From Basidiobolus meristosporus CBS 931.73 (taxonomy: Eukaryota; Fungi; Basidiobolomycota), in the NCBI GenBank assembly GCA_002104905.1, contig MCFE01000735.1, positions 1 through 41,314 of the forward strand: a DNA stretch of 41,314 nucleotides, given 5' to 3'. A program made the position numbers and the translations under genes. Numbering within the stretch: position 1 is the first letter of the stretch; every line of letters starts with the position of its first letter. Positions 11,701-23,499 of the stretch are shown here, one piece after another. Below the pieces are notes generated by a model. It made no database searches and had not been told where the DNA came from. It saw only the letters and a program-made list of their open reading frames with translations.

Positions 11701-14700
11701 AGCGAGGTTTCTCTTCCGTTAGCACCCAATACACTAGGGTTATCCCTTCTCGATTTCCATCCGGATGAACCAGACTGGCTGCTCTTCATCGGGAGCAATG
11801 AATGCCCGAACTGTCACAGCGAGGTGTTCTTCACCAAAAACCATGGTCGAGACTGGTCAGCGATCGAAACCTTCGCCCACAAATGTATCTTCGGGAAAAG
11901 CCCCAAGTTCGCCAACGTCCCCCAGGAAAGTATCTTCTGCTCCTCATTCAAGAACAAAGACCCCAAGGCGGACCAGATGGTGATGGAGCGCAACGGAGAT
12001 CCATTGCAACTCATTTTCATCGATGGAAAGAGGCGAAAGGTGATGCTAGAGCCCATGCTGGAGTATGCCATGCTGGAGGAATTCCTCTTGGTCGCCACCG
12101 AGGGGGATCAAGGGTTGACTCTGCAGGTGTCCACCGATGGAGAGAGCTTCTCCGAGACGGTCTTCCCTCCGAACACCCGTGTGAATAAGAATGCGTTTAC
12201 CGTTTTGCAGTCGAGCACAGGCTCCGTATTCCTCGATGTCTTCCAATCGACCGTACGGGACGCGGAATATGGAACGCTGTACGTCTCGAACTCCGACGGG
12301 AAGTACTACAGCCAGGTTCTGAAGAACACCAACCGAAACAACAATGGGGTGGTCGATTTCGAAAAGATGAAGGGGGTCGACGGAATCATCTTGGCCAACG
12401 AGGTGGCCAACGCCGAAAAGCTAGGCAGTCACTTCGAGCCTCAAAAGAAGATCCGCACCGTCATTTCTCGCGATGACGGAAGAACTTGGAAGCCCTTACA
12501 GCCGCCCAAGGTGGATGCCTCCAACAACCCAATCACGTGCAATGACCCGGATGAGTGCCAATTGCACCTCCACAGCAAGACCGACATCCTCTCCGAGTCG
12601 ATCTTCAGTGTGCCCTCGGCCGCTGGGTTGATGATGGGAGTGGGCAATGTTGGACCGTACCTGCTGCCTTACGAACAAGGAAACACCTACATCACACGTG
12701 ATGCCGGCCTGACCTGGAAAGAGATCCGACGTGGGGAGAGTCTTTACGAATTTGGGGATTCCGGAGGGCTTTTGGTGGTGGTGGATGACGAAAAGGAGAC
12801 CGATAAGCTGATGTACAGCTGGAATTACGGCCAATCCTGGGAAACCTACACCTTCTCCGACGAGGCGATCCGCGTATCCTCCATCACTACCGAGCCCAAG
12901 TCGACCAGCTTGAAATTCTTGATCTTCGGGATCACCGCCACTACGGCGCAAAGATTCGCCCAGCAGATCATCATCTCCGTGGACTTCTCAACCCTGGAGC
13001 CCCGTAAATGCGTCCTGGACGAGTCCAGCTCGAGTAAGAATGACTTCGAGCTCTGGAACCCCGGAGGGGAAGCCAAGTGCTTGCTTGGCCAGGAGACCGA
13101 GCATTGGCGCCGGAAGGAAGACCGTCTATGCTATCTTGGGGATGTGTACGGCGAACCCAAGGTCCAGCAAAGCAGCTGTGAGTGCACCGAACTAGACTAC
13201 CAGTGTGACTACAATTTCTGGCGGAATAGCGAGGGGAAGTGTGAGCTGTATGGGACCGATCCTGACAGGCCGCATAATTGCCCTGCTGGAGAGACATACG
13301 AGGGCAGCTCCGGCTACACGAAGATCCCAACCAGCAAGTGCAAGGGCGGGCTTCAGAAGGACACCAAGGTCACCAGGAAATGCAGCGAGTTGTCCCAAGT
13401 CCGCTCCGTCGTCCATCAATTCGACAGCGAGGTGGTGGATTACCAATACTTCAAGAAGTCGGATCACATACTGATGCTGACCAAGGACCAGAAGGCGTGG
13501 CTTAGTTATGATGAAGGGTACTCATGGGAGGAGTTGATCAAAGACGCCGACGTTGGCATTAGTGATATCTACATGCACCCCTACTCCGAGGATGTGGTAA
13601 GTAACACCGGCAACAACTCGTGAAGCTCGTCTAACCCCCTTTTCGTAGGCTTTCTTCATTACCGGTGGAAAGAAACACTACTACACTGCCGATGAAGGCC
13701 GCACGGTGAGTTACCTCCAAGTCCCCGCACCCCCCAACGGCAAGGCATTCCCTGTTCTCAGCTTCCACCCACGCCATCCGGATTGGCTCATTTACATGGG
13801 AGAGCGCGACTGCGATTCGCTCATTTCGCTTCATTGCCGCTCAGAGGCATATTACAGTCTCAACGGGGGCACCACCTGGACATCTCTCCGTGCGGATGTG
13901 AGAGTATGCCAGTGGGCGACCACCGATAAATTCACCAAGGCGCCGGAGACTCGCATCTTCTGTGAGCAGTACCCCGAGGGAACCAACCACCGGGCCTCAT
14001 CGCAAACATTGGCCACCCTCGTCAGAACTGACGACTACTTCAAGAACACGCAAGTGGCCGTCCAGAACACCGTAGGATATGCGATCTTCGAGGAGTTCAT
14101 GGTCGTGTCCCAGGTCAACTCTGCCGAGACCGGGATGCTGCTTCATGTGAGTGTTGATGGAGAGAACTTTGCCTTGGCCCAGTTCCCCGGGGACAGCTCG
14201 AGCATTCATCCTGCTTACACCATTCTGGAATCCAACACCCACTCCGTGTTCCTTCATGCCAGCGACAATGCCCAGTCCAAGGCTGAGTACGGGACCATTT
14301 TCAATTCGAACGCGAATGGCACCTACTTCACCACCTCCATCGACCACGTCAACCGTGACGAGAGGGGCCTGGTGGATTTCGAGAAGATGGCCGGGATCGA
14401 TGGCGTTGCCATGGTGAACCAAGTCATCAACCCGAACTCCGGGGAGAAGAAGAAGACCCGTTCTTTGATCACCCATGACAACGGTCGCAGCTGGAACCTG
14501 CTCACACCCCCCGAGACCGACTTCCACGGCTCCAAATACAAGTGTCAGGGAGACGAATGTTCCTTGCACATCCACAGCTACACTGAACGCCAGGACCCCC
14601 AAAATCTCTTCAGCTCTTCCTCTGCTGTCGGCTTGATGATGGCTGTGGGCAATGTCGGGGACCATCTAACCGATTATACCGACGGAGACACTTTCCTCTC

Positions 14701-15694
14701 TCGGGACGCTGGTAAGACATGGAAGGAGATCCGCAAGGAGGCCCATATGTACGAGTTTGGTGATCACGGGGCTATCCTCATGCTTGCTAATGATGAAGAA
14801 CCAACGGATCACATTTCCTACTCTCTGGACGAAGGCAAGTCCTTCGTAGACTACCGGTTCACCGAGGCGAACCGCAAGATCCGACTCAGCACCATAGCCA
14901 TCGAGCCGCAATCCACCAGCCGGAAATTCCTGCTCTTCGGGAAGACGGACAACTACTTCTCGAAACAGGTGGTGGTGCAGGTCGACTTCAACGGGTTGAA
15001 CATGGATAAATGCAACCTCGAGACCGGCAAGGGCGGGGACTTCGAGTTGTGGGACCCTGCGGACGGGAAGTGCCTATTCGGACGAGAGGTCAACTACTAC
15101 CGTAGGTTACCCGACAAGATGTGCTTCGTCGGCGACAAGTTCAAGAACCCCCAGGTGACCGTACGGAATTGCACCTGCACCGAAGCCGACTTCGAGTGTG
15201 ACTACAACTTCATACGCACCAACGGCAAGTGCGTTTTGGCGGAAGGGGCGCGCCCCCTCGCCACCAGCTGTTCGGGCGGTGCCAAATATTACCAAGTGTC
15301 CAGTGGCTATCGTAAAATGCCTATATCTAGTTGCGAAGGGGGGGAAAACCTAGCCCGGCCATTGGAGTACCGCTGCCCTAATTCGGGGCTCAGCGGCGGT
15401 GCCATCGCCGCCTTGGTCCTGGTCCCACTGTTGGTGGTGTTATGTGTTGGTTTTATTCTATTGAGAAGATACAGGACACTCCCAACCATCCGTGTCCCTG
15501 CTGGCATCGGCAGACTCTTCACCCAGCTCCCACTCCGCCTACCCCACCTCCCCATCCCAGCCTTTATCTCGAGACTATTTTCGGGGCTTCCTTTCCTTGG
15601 CCACCGCCGCTCTGGCTACACACAGGTCCAAAGCGAGGAGCCGTTCGATGTGCTTCTGGATGACTACGACTCGGATGACGACATGGATGTTTAA
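8733..15694 (+). CDS. VPS10: Vacuolar sorting receptor Vps10/sortilin family with three tandem Vps10p domains, one TM helix and a cytosolic tail
   Basis: Signal peptide [26 protein letters not shown]. The hallmark N..RN/D..G.VD(F/Y)E...G..G occurs three times (about 10130, 12330, 14345), each followed by a Cys-rich 10CC module. [24 protein letters not shown]. Tail has YTQV and the acidic dileucine [12 protein letters not shown]. Confidence 0.92.
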
Positions 15695-16045
15695 CCAACG
15701 ACGTCCAGTCCATCGAAGTCACCGATTATTTATTCGTTTAGTAAGCAATCATCACAAATCAGTGTGGGGGGTGGGTTAGGGTGGCCATATCGCTTTGTAA
15801 TTCTAAATTGTTCAAATAAATCGATTCACACACAGCCACAGTCACAGCCATAGCCATGGCAATGGCAATGGTCGTACTCAGAGTGAATGCACTCAAAAGA
15901 AAAAAAATCTGAAAAAAAGAAGGTTGCGGAAAAAAAGGTGGATTGGTAATCAGCGGATATGCTCATTGCTAATCACTCTCTACGCAACATTAACCCACCT
16001 TACCTATAAATCACACCTCTTTGTCTTGGACGCCAATACTTCACA

Positions 16046-17467
16046 ATGGATATGGATCACAACGAGGTATGTCCCAAGCTCGAGCTTCGAACACGGTACC
16101 TTCCTTTACTCACGAGTTCCCCTCCTTAGAACCCCTACCCGGAAACGGTCGAGGAGCAGCAAGAGGAGTACGTCGATATAAACGAGGTCAGCCAGGTGGT
16201 TGACACCAACGAGCAAGACGCACAACCCATCGAGGACGACGAAGGTATGTGCTTCGGACGTAGTTGCGACCGTGCCGATTCCCCTTCTCTAACTCGTCCC
16301 ATTTAGCTGACACAGAGATGGCAGTCGACGGAGGTGAGGGTAGTAGCATGCAGGAGGAGATCGATTTCGTGGACGATTCGGTCCAAGGTTTCTTCACACA
16401 CAAAGGTAAGAGGATTCCCCATTCCGCCTAGTGTTCGCCTTCTCACTTCTCGGCTGACCTTTGCCCTCCCACCTTCTCTTATAGAGCCCGTATATTGCGT
16501 GGCCTTCCACCCAACTGAGCATCACGTTGTCATGACTGGTGGTGGTGACGACAAGGCATATGTCTGGCGTATCGATACCGGCGAGCAGGTGTACGAGTTC
16601 GCCGGCCATTCCGATTCAGTTACCTCGGCTAAATTCAGCGCTGATGGCAAATACGCAGCCACTGGAGGTATGGATGGAAGAGTCAAGATTTGGAACATCG
16701 GGGATGGTAGCCTGTTGAACACCCTGGAGGGACCTGATGAGGTGGTTTGGATCGACTGGCATCCAGTCGGTCCAGTGATCATTGCCGGTGCCTCCGATGG
16801 TACCGTATGGATGTGGCACGGGGTTACTGGTGCTTGCATGAATGTTTTCGCCGGCCATAATGGGCCGGTCACCTGCGGTCAATTCACTCATGATGGCAAG
16901 AAGATCGTCACCGCCTCTGAGGATTGCTCACTGATCGTGTGGGACCCCAAAACCGCCACCGCGATTGTCAAGGTCACCGGCGACGATGCTCGCTTCCATC
17001 AGGACCCTATCTCTTGCCTTGCTATCAACAAGGATGATACACTGATCATTACCGGGTCGGCGGATAGCACCGCGCGATTGATCAACTTGCAAAGCGGCAA
17101 CATCCTGGGCTCGTTGGAGAACCACGAGGAGGCAGTCGAGGCGGTGGGATTCTGCGATACCCTTCCCATTGTAGCCACTGGCTCCATCGATGGCAAGATC
17201 AGCATCTGGGATGTTACCACCATGAGACTTCGTGGGCATTGCCAGCACGACGACACCGTCATTCAATTGAAATGGCACAAGAACAGCCATATGTTCACCA
17301 CCTGCTCTGCCGATCGCACCGTGCGTGTCTGGGATGCCCGTACCGGAAACTGCGAGCACAAGTTCCAAGGTCACGAAGACAGCGTGCTTGCGTTCGACTT
17401 GTCTTACGACGGTCACGTAACGGTGACCGGTTCAGACGACGGTGTGGCATTAGTATTCAACTGGTAG
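16046..17467 (+). CDS. SQT1: WD40 ribosome-assembly chaperone Sqt1/AAMP-like (4 exons)
   Basis: Spliced acidic N-terminus MDMDHNENPYPETVEEQQEEYVDINEV..., then DFVDDSVQGFFTHKEPVYCVAFHP and about 8 WD repeats (GH..SV, WHPVGPVIIAGASDGTVWMW). Inferred first introns are 16067-16129 and two more. Confidence 0.85.
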
Positions 17468-17707
17468 ACACCTTCGCACATCCCCATCATCCCCGCCATT
17501 TAATAAAATTAGACATGATTATTTAATAATGCACACCATTGGTTACTAATGATATAGCACTTGGTGGTATACTGGATCAATGATGCGGTCCATAAATGGA
17601 CTTTAACGCTGGCACAGATCCTGTTCCATTTGCCAGGCAGAATACATAAATTTATTGATGATGATATTGACAGATGAGTGGTGAACGAATTGGCAATGAA
17701 TGAGCCA

Positions 17708-18310
17708 TTAGTACCCGCAGCGCTGCTTGACCTGTTGGACATCGGTCACGTTGGAAAACAGGTCGGCGTAACTTTCGGCGTATTGGTCGTACACCTTGAC
17801 CCAGTTCTGGACACATTCGGTGCACAGTTTGTCATCGGGCACATCAGCCAGATCCGCGTCCATGTTATCTTGCAGATCCTTTCCTTCCACCAAGAGGCAG
17901 TATTCTTGCTGGGAATCTTGGGTGCACTCGAACGCGATCAGCGGTTCGTAGTTCTCTAGCACGTATGAGATCACCTTGGTTACCCCTTGTGATGGATCTT
18001 GGGAGCATCCAGTTTGAATCTTGCTCACAAGCCCGTCAGTCACCGACTTGTCGCAACGTGGTGCTGCACACATGGTGTTGATGAGTGGGGAGATTTGGTC
18101 AGTGTTGCCTGGATCGTAGTTCGTCCAATCGATGGAGGTGGCTTGTGACCAGATCTGACTGAGAGGTAAACAAGGCTCATTGTCCGTCACAATCGAGAGC
18201 AATACTTGTTTGCAAGTGGCTGATAGCTGGCCGAGCGCATTATCCACAGGCGCGGCGTTGGCAAGCAAAAGGGCAGAGGCTATCACAGCAGACACAAGGG
18301 AGAATTTCAT
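17708..18310 (-). CDS. Secreted cysteine-rich protein of unknown function (200 aa, intronless)
   Basis: Signal peptide MKFSLVSAVIASALLLANA. About 10 spaced Cys, including a C-terminal KLCTECV...QRCGY. Codon usage matches the host genes. Confidence 0.85.
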   Translation of the reverse strand: MKFSLVSAVIASALLLANAAPVDNALGQLSATCKQVLLSIVTDNEPCLPLSQIWSQATSIDWTNYDPGNTDQISPLINTMCAAPRCDKSVTDGLVSKIQTGCSQDPSQGVTKVISYVLENYEPLIAFECTQDSQQEYCLLVEGKDLQDNMDADLADVPDDKLCTECVQNWVKVYDQYAESYADLFSNVTDVQQVKQRCGY

Positions 18311-19300
18311 GGCGGTGGTGTTTGTTGGGATTTTGCAACGGCGGAATCCTCGGATTTATAGACATGGCTGGCTGGGCTGAGCATCTCTGACTTGGTGTGC
18401 CAAGAAATAGGCTTTGCTACGAACCAAGAATCGTCGGCTTGGCTAGGAGAAATAAATATTAGCGCATTTCTCAATATCATCGCTTAAATTGCATTGCTCA
18501 GTTGGCAGCAGATGATCTCATAGGGTTTGACTTTTGGGTCATGCAACTGTACCCCATTAGGGTGAATACAACCGGTCGGCCCTGAATGCTTAACTGATGT
18601 TTATTCCAGGGAGTTTCTCATTTGACTCGCCATGTGTCTTACTGTTTGTTACGAGCCAGTCGACATTGTGAAAAAGGGATCCGGTAAGGGCGAATTCTTT
18701 CTCTTAATGATGCTTGTCACACCATGAGCATGTATTCAGCACACTTCCTCTTAAGTACGCATTGATTCGAGGAACTTCGGCCATCACCGGGAGTATTTCG
18801 GCTCGGTCGAGTCGGATCCCCACTGACGAGCAAGATTCTCGCGGAATGTTCGTCTAATGCCAGCAAGAGTTGTGCGCGTCCAGAAATCAAGCCTCAGCAA
18901 TGGTCGCAAGGTGATACTGCATGGACGTGGGAATGCTTCAATTGGTGTTTGCAGCTCGCATTCCATTTCAACCATCACAAGCCTCGACGTTCGATCTGCG
19001 ATAGTGAGAAGTTCGTATCCTTTTCAGCATTCACTTTGTTGGTGTAACGATATCGTGTCGCCAATTTTTATCTGATCCAATGTGTGATTGTGAACGAGTT
19101 ATCAGATGGGTTTTTGCCGACATATGCTAGCTTAGGGAATAAGCAACCGTCGGGATAATTGGTACAAATTGGGATTCGGCCTCCCGCAGGGTGGTTGGAT
19201 TCAATCCTCCCAGGCCCCTCGATGATCTTCTTTGTAACTGAACTCGGTTGAAAGAGGAAATCGAAAAACTACTGCTGGGGAAGCTACAGCTTGTGGTGCA

Positions 19301-19307
19301 TATATAA
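19301..19307 (+). promoter_or_regulatory. TATA box of the subtilisin gene
   Basis: TATATAA about 45 bp upstream of ATG 19348. Confidence 0.55.
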
Positions 19308-19347
19308 CCGCCTCACCACTCCCTCACAAACCACACTTGAGATTACA

Positions 19348-21988
19348 ATGAAGTTCCAAAGCTTACTTGTACTTTCAGCCGCAGTTCTGATCCACCATGT
19401 CCAAGGGAGGGAGACTTTGCAGAAGAGGGCGGTCCCAGAGGCCCATGAGAATAGCACCAAGGTTCTTCCAAATGCCTTCATTGTAGAGTTTGTAGATGGG
19501 ACTCTTCCTGGGCTGGAGCATCCAAAATTCCGTGCCGCTTTAGCTGACATGGGAATTCCATTTAAAGAGCGTACTCAGTTCTCCGACTTCATGAATGCCT
19601 TGTCGATCCATGTCGACTCGCAACACATTAAGGCCCTTTCCTCTTTGCCCAACGTGAAGACGGTCTGGCCTGTGGTAAGTGAAGGCCTTTGTTTCCCTGT
19701 TTACTGGTGACTTCCCTAACATGCATTCTTGTCAGGTCAATCACAAGAGAGACTTGAACAAGCGTCTAAAGCAGGCCAAGAATCGAACCGAGAAGCACAT
19801 AGAATCGCTTCCTTCAAAGTTGATTTCATCCCCTCACTTGTTGACCGGTGTAGACAAAGTACATAAGTTACTCAAGAATACAGGATCCGGCATCCGAGTG
19901 GGTGTGATCGATACCGGTATCGACTACACCCACCCCGCGCTTGGCGGGTGTTTCAAAGGAAAAAACTGTCGCGTGCAGTACGGCTACGATTTCGTCGGCG
20001 ATGGGTACGACGACTCCCCAGAGTCACTCGCCCCTGATGCCGATCCAAAAGACTGTGACGGCCATGGTACTCATGTTGCAGGCATCATCGGTGCCAAGGA
20101 TAAGAACTTTGTCGGAGTCGCCCCCGATGTTATCTTTGGTGCCTATAAAGTGTTTGGGTGCGATTCCAACTACCCAGAGGACATGGTCATCAAAGCAATT
20201 GAAATGGCCGTCAAGGATAAGATGCATGTGATCAACCTCTCGATGGGCTCATCCTCCCCTTTCCCTGACGACCCGCTAACAAGAGCTCTCAACAAGGCCG
20301 TGGACAAGGGGGTGGTAGTTACGGTGGCCGTTGGAAATAGCGGAAGCGGGGGCCTTTGGACTTCCGGAACGCCATCTACTGCCAAGAAGGTGACTAGTGT
20401 GGGGTCAGTTGACAACCTACAATATCCTGGCCAAGCCTTTCAAGTCAATGGGTTTATTAACCACACCAAGGCCGTTCAGTATGTTGCCGGCTGGGATGGC
20501 AGAAAGCCAGTGAAACTGAGCAAGGTTCCACTAGCAGCCACGGTCAGCAATCCCTGCGAGCCATTTGTCGACCAAGACTACAAAGGAAAGATCGTATTGC
20601 TCAACCCGCAATACCACAACTTCTGTAGTCACGGGCAGCAGGCACTCTATGCTCAGCAGGCAGGAGCTGTGGGTGCTATGGCCTATTACGCCAACCTATA
20701 TATCCCTGGTTCGAACTTCCCTGGACTCAAAATCCCCTTGGTGGGAATAGACGATAGCACTGCAGCAGTGCTTAATGAGCAAGTAATGGCCGGAGCAAAC
20801 CTAACTGTTTCTTTTGGCCACGCGCAGAGGCTCTACAAGACTCCAAACGGCGGGAAGCTCTCTGATTTTTCATCTTGGGGCCCAGATTTCCAATTGAACT
20901 TTAAACCTGATCTGGTTGCTCCAGGAGGCACTATCTACTCCACTTACCCTGTCGATCAAGGATCGTATGTCCACATGGATGGCACATCCATGTCTTCTCC
21001 ATACGTGGCTGGCTCCGCTGCGTTGTACGTGAAAGCGAAAGGAAAGGTCCAGGCCTCATCTGTACTTGACGTGCTTCAAAACACAGCCAAGCCGCTCATT
21101 GATGGCAACAGGACAGTGCTAGACACTACGGTAAGACAAGGAGCTGGTTTGATCGATGTCTACGATGCCATCAGAACCAAATTTACCATTCTGCCCGCGA
21201 AGTTGGCTTTGAACGATACCGTGCATTTGAAGCCAGTTCATGTCCTTAAGGTGAGGAATAGGGACCACAAATTGGTAACCTTCCGGATCTCTCATCTTCC
21301 CGCCCTTACTGTTAATGGCTACGACAACAAGCAAAAGCTGTTGACTCGTTCAGGAACAACATTCCTCACCTCGGCGGCCAGGGTTCGGTTCGATAAGACC
21401 AGAATCACCATCCCACCAGGTGGAACCGCCTCAATTAGCGCACGTTTTGCCCCGCCCAAGGTCAACAAAAACGACCTCCATCTTTACAGCGGGTTTATCA
21501 AATTCACGCCCACCAACAAGAGAAGTCCAACACTGAATGTCCCATACCTTGGGGCCAGTGGGGATTTCGGCAGCCGATATGTTGTCAAGAAGGGTACCGT
21601 CGGAAATGAGCCATTCATGTTCAGTGAAGGGACCAGGGAGGAGCAGACCAAGTACACTTTCAAAGATAAGGATCACCCGATTATTTATCTGTTCAACAAC
21701 CATCCCACCGCCCTCGTTTCGGGTACCTTGCTCAGATCCGGAAAAGTGATCGGTAGCTTCGTTGAAGCCAGTCATATCCCTCGCGAAGTTGGCTTCGACT
21801 ATTCGTTCGTCAGGTTTGATGGCACTGTGACCAAGACTTTCCATGGCGTCCAAAAGGTGGTCAACGTTCCCAATGGATCCAAGTATCGTCTTAAGCTAGA
21901 GTTCCTCCGACCATTCGGAAACCCAAAATCCAAGAAAGACTACGATGTTTGGGTGTCGGACGAATTCCAGATCAGGAGAGCCAAATAG
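19348..21988 (+). CDS. Secreted S8A subtilisin-like protease (I9 propeptide, PA insert, Fn3-like C-terminus), with one intron at 19675-19735
   Basis: Signal MKFQSLLVLSAAVLIHHVQG and an LQKR site. Catalytic triad motifs VGVIDTG, DGHGTHVAG and GTSMSSPYVAG. SDFSSWGP...KPDLVAPGG. PA region with GAVGAM. Confidence 0.95.
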
Positions 21989-23120
21989 TGTGCTCTATTC
22001 TAAAGTTTCCTCTAATAAAGCTGATTCCTTGAAAAGTTTATCTCAATATAATCTGATGTATTTATCTGATCATTTGCATTTACCTCAATATTATCATCAA
22101 CTGCATGCAATTTGCTTAACTGCAAATGAATAGGTGAGGTTTTAGCATGTGAGCTGCAGGATATATAGTCAGGTACCAACAAGAACTCTAATTGTATGTT
22201 GCATTGCTCTTTGAAAATACTCTCAGATTGTTTTGCATACCAAATACCCTTCCTGGTAAATTTGCTTGTAGTCATTGGTTAGAATCATCAACAGTACTTA
22301 CCTGTTCCAAGTAATAAGAATTACATTTTGTACAAAATTGCTTTGCGGTTGCTGTCTACATGCTTTATGCTGAATGGGTGCAAGTGGGGATTGAGTTTTA
22401 AATGCCATCACTTGGTGTGCAGAAGGTTCAACACTATGCATGGTAAAGTTCCATAAGTATATTGCATGTTGCCTTTATATCCCATTTGATTATGTGGCAA
22501 AGCCAATAAATCACTATGGAGAAGCTACTTGCTCAACTTTCACAAAGCATTCTTGTGACATACAGTGACTATCTTATATAGCAACAGCCAGAATCCAACA
22601 AAATGGAGCATGCTGACTTGGTGAGAGATTTTTATTGCTGAAATCAAAACACTACATATACAAATATAAATAGTTGCTACTTCTCTATACATAGTGCAGT
22701 TGGTCTGCTATAGTAGTTAATAGATGAATGAGCTTATGCCAATTTCATTTATGAAGAAATCTCCAAAATCAAATCTGGTGGAGATATATCTGCTCCTTGT
22801 GGAGTTGATTATAGAGCTGAGTATTTTCAAAGCATATATTGTTGTCAGCATTGCAGATAGGGCTTCAACAAAGGTCTGCAAAGGCATTCAAGTGCAAGTA
22901 CTGTGTGGGATCTTGTGCTTGAAGATTTCAGGGAGCACCAGAGGTGATAGGGCAAAGAAGAGCTGCATATTGTAATCCTAAGCTTAAGCACAGCATATCA
23001 GCCGTATGGGAATGCTGTAGCTCTACTGTCATAGTATCATAGGAAGGGTCCCAGCAGGTGGTGTGCAGAGTCTAGAATCTTTCCAAAGACATTCAAAATT
23101 CTCATAAACTGGATATTCAG

Positions 23121-23470
23121 TGTTGTACTTTTACATTATACCTAAATGTTCACCTAACTTGGTCACTTGGATCATAGCTTACAAACCTTACAGAATTCTG
23201 GCCAAATTCCTTGTTAGGATTCACTTGAAATATCTTCACCATTGTATTAGGTCCTCAGAGCATGAGATATCAATAAGTTATCCAAGCAGCCCCAAACTAT
23301 TCAAGTATGCTCTTGGGACCTTCCTGGACATTTTCAATGTGTTTTTTTGGCCCAGGCCATGTAGCAATATAAATACAACTCTTCCATTTGACAAATCATT
23401 AAGTGAGAGTCACAAAATCTACAAGTTCTCCTAATCACTTCCAATGTCTTTGTACATAAAAACAGCAACA
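23121..23470 (+). mobile_element. Diverged LTR of the same copia family, followed by a decayed PBS
   Basis: TGTTGTA...CAGCAACA, colinear with the other LTRs. Followed by GGTAGTTACCCAAGAAGCTG, compared with GGTTATGAGCCCCAAGCTG after the younger 5' LTRs. Confidence 0.8.
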
Positions 23471-23499
23471 GGTAGTTACCCAAGAAGCTGGGGCTATTT

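Noticed and set aside
15831-15872. Hexamer gradient CACAGC/CATAGC/CATGGC/AATGGC with a quasi-palindrome between VPS10 and SQT1
   Set aside because: Consistent with a slippage-derived microsatellite. There is no start codon or other support for function.
3497-17416. Numerous 60-220 aa antisense or alternative-frame ORFs overlapping YPP1, VPS10 and SQT1 (for example 13997-14665 and 16928-17416)
   Set aside because: These are shadow ORFs caused by the GC-rich codon bias of the real genes, with no motifs of their own.
22130-23120. CpG-poor degenerate sequence after the subtilisin gene
   Set aside because: No assignable protein or terminal repeat, and the short ORFs look random.
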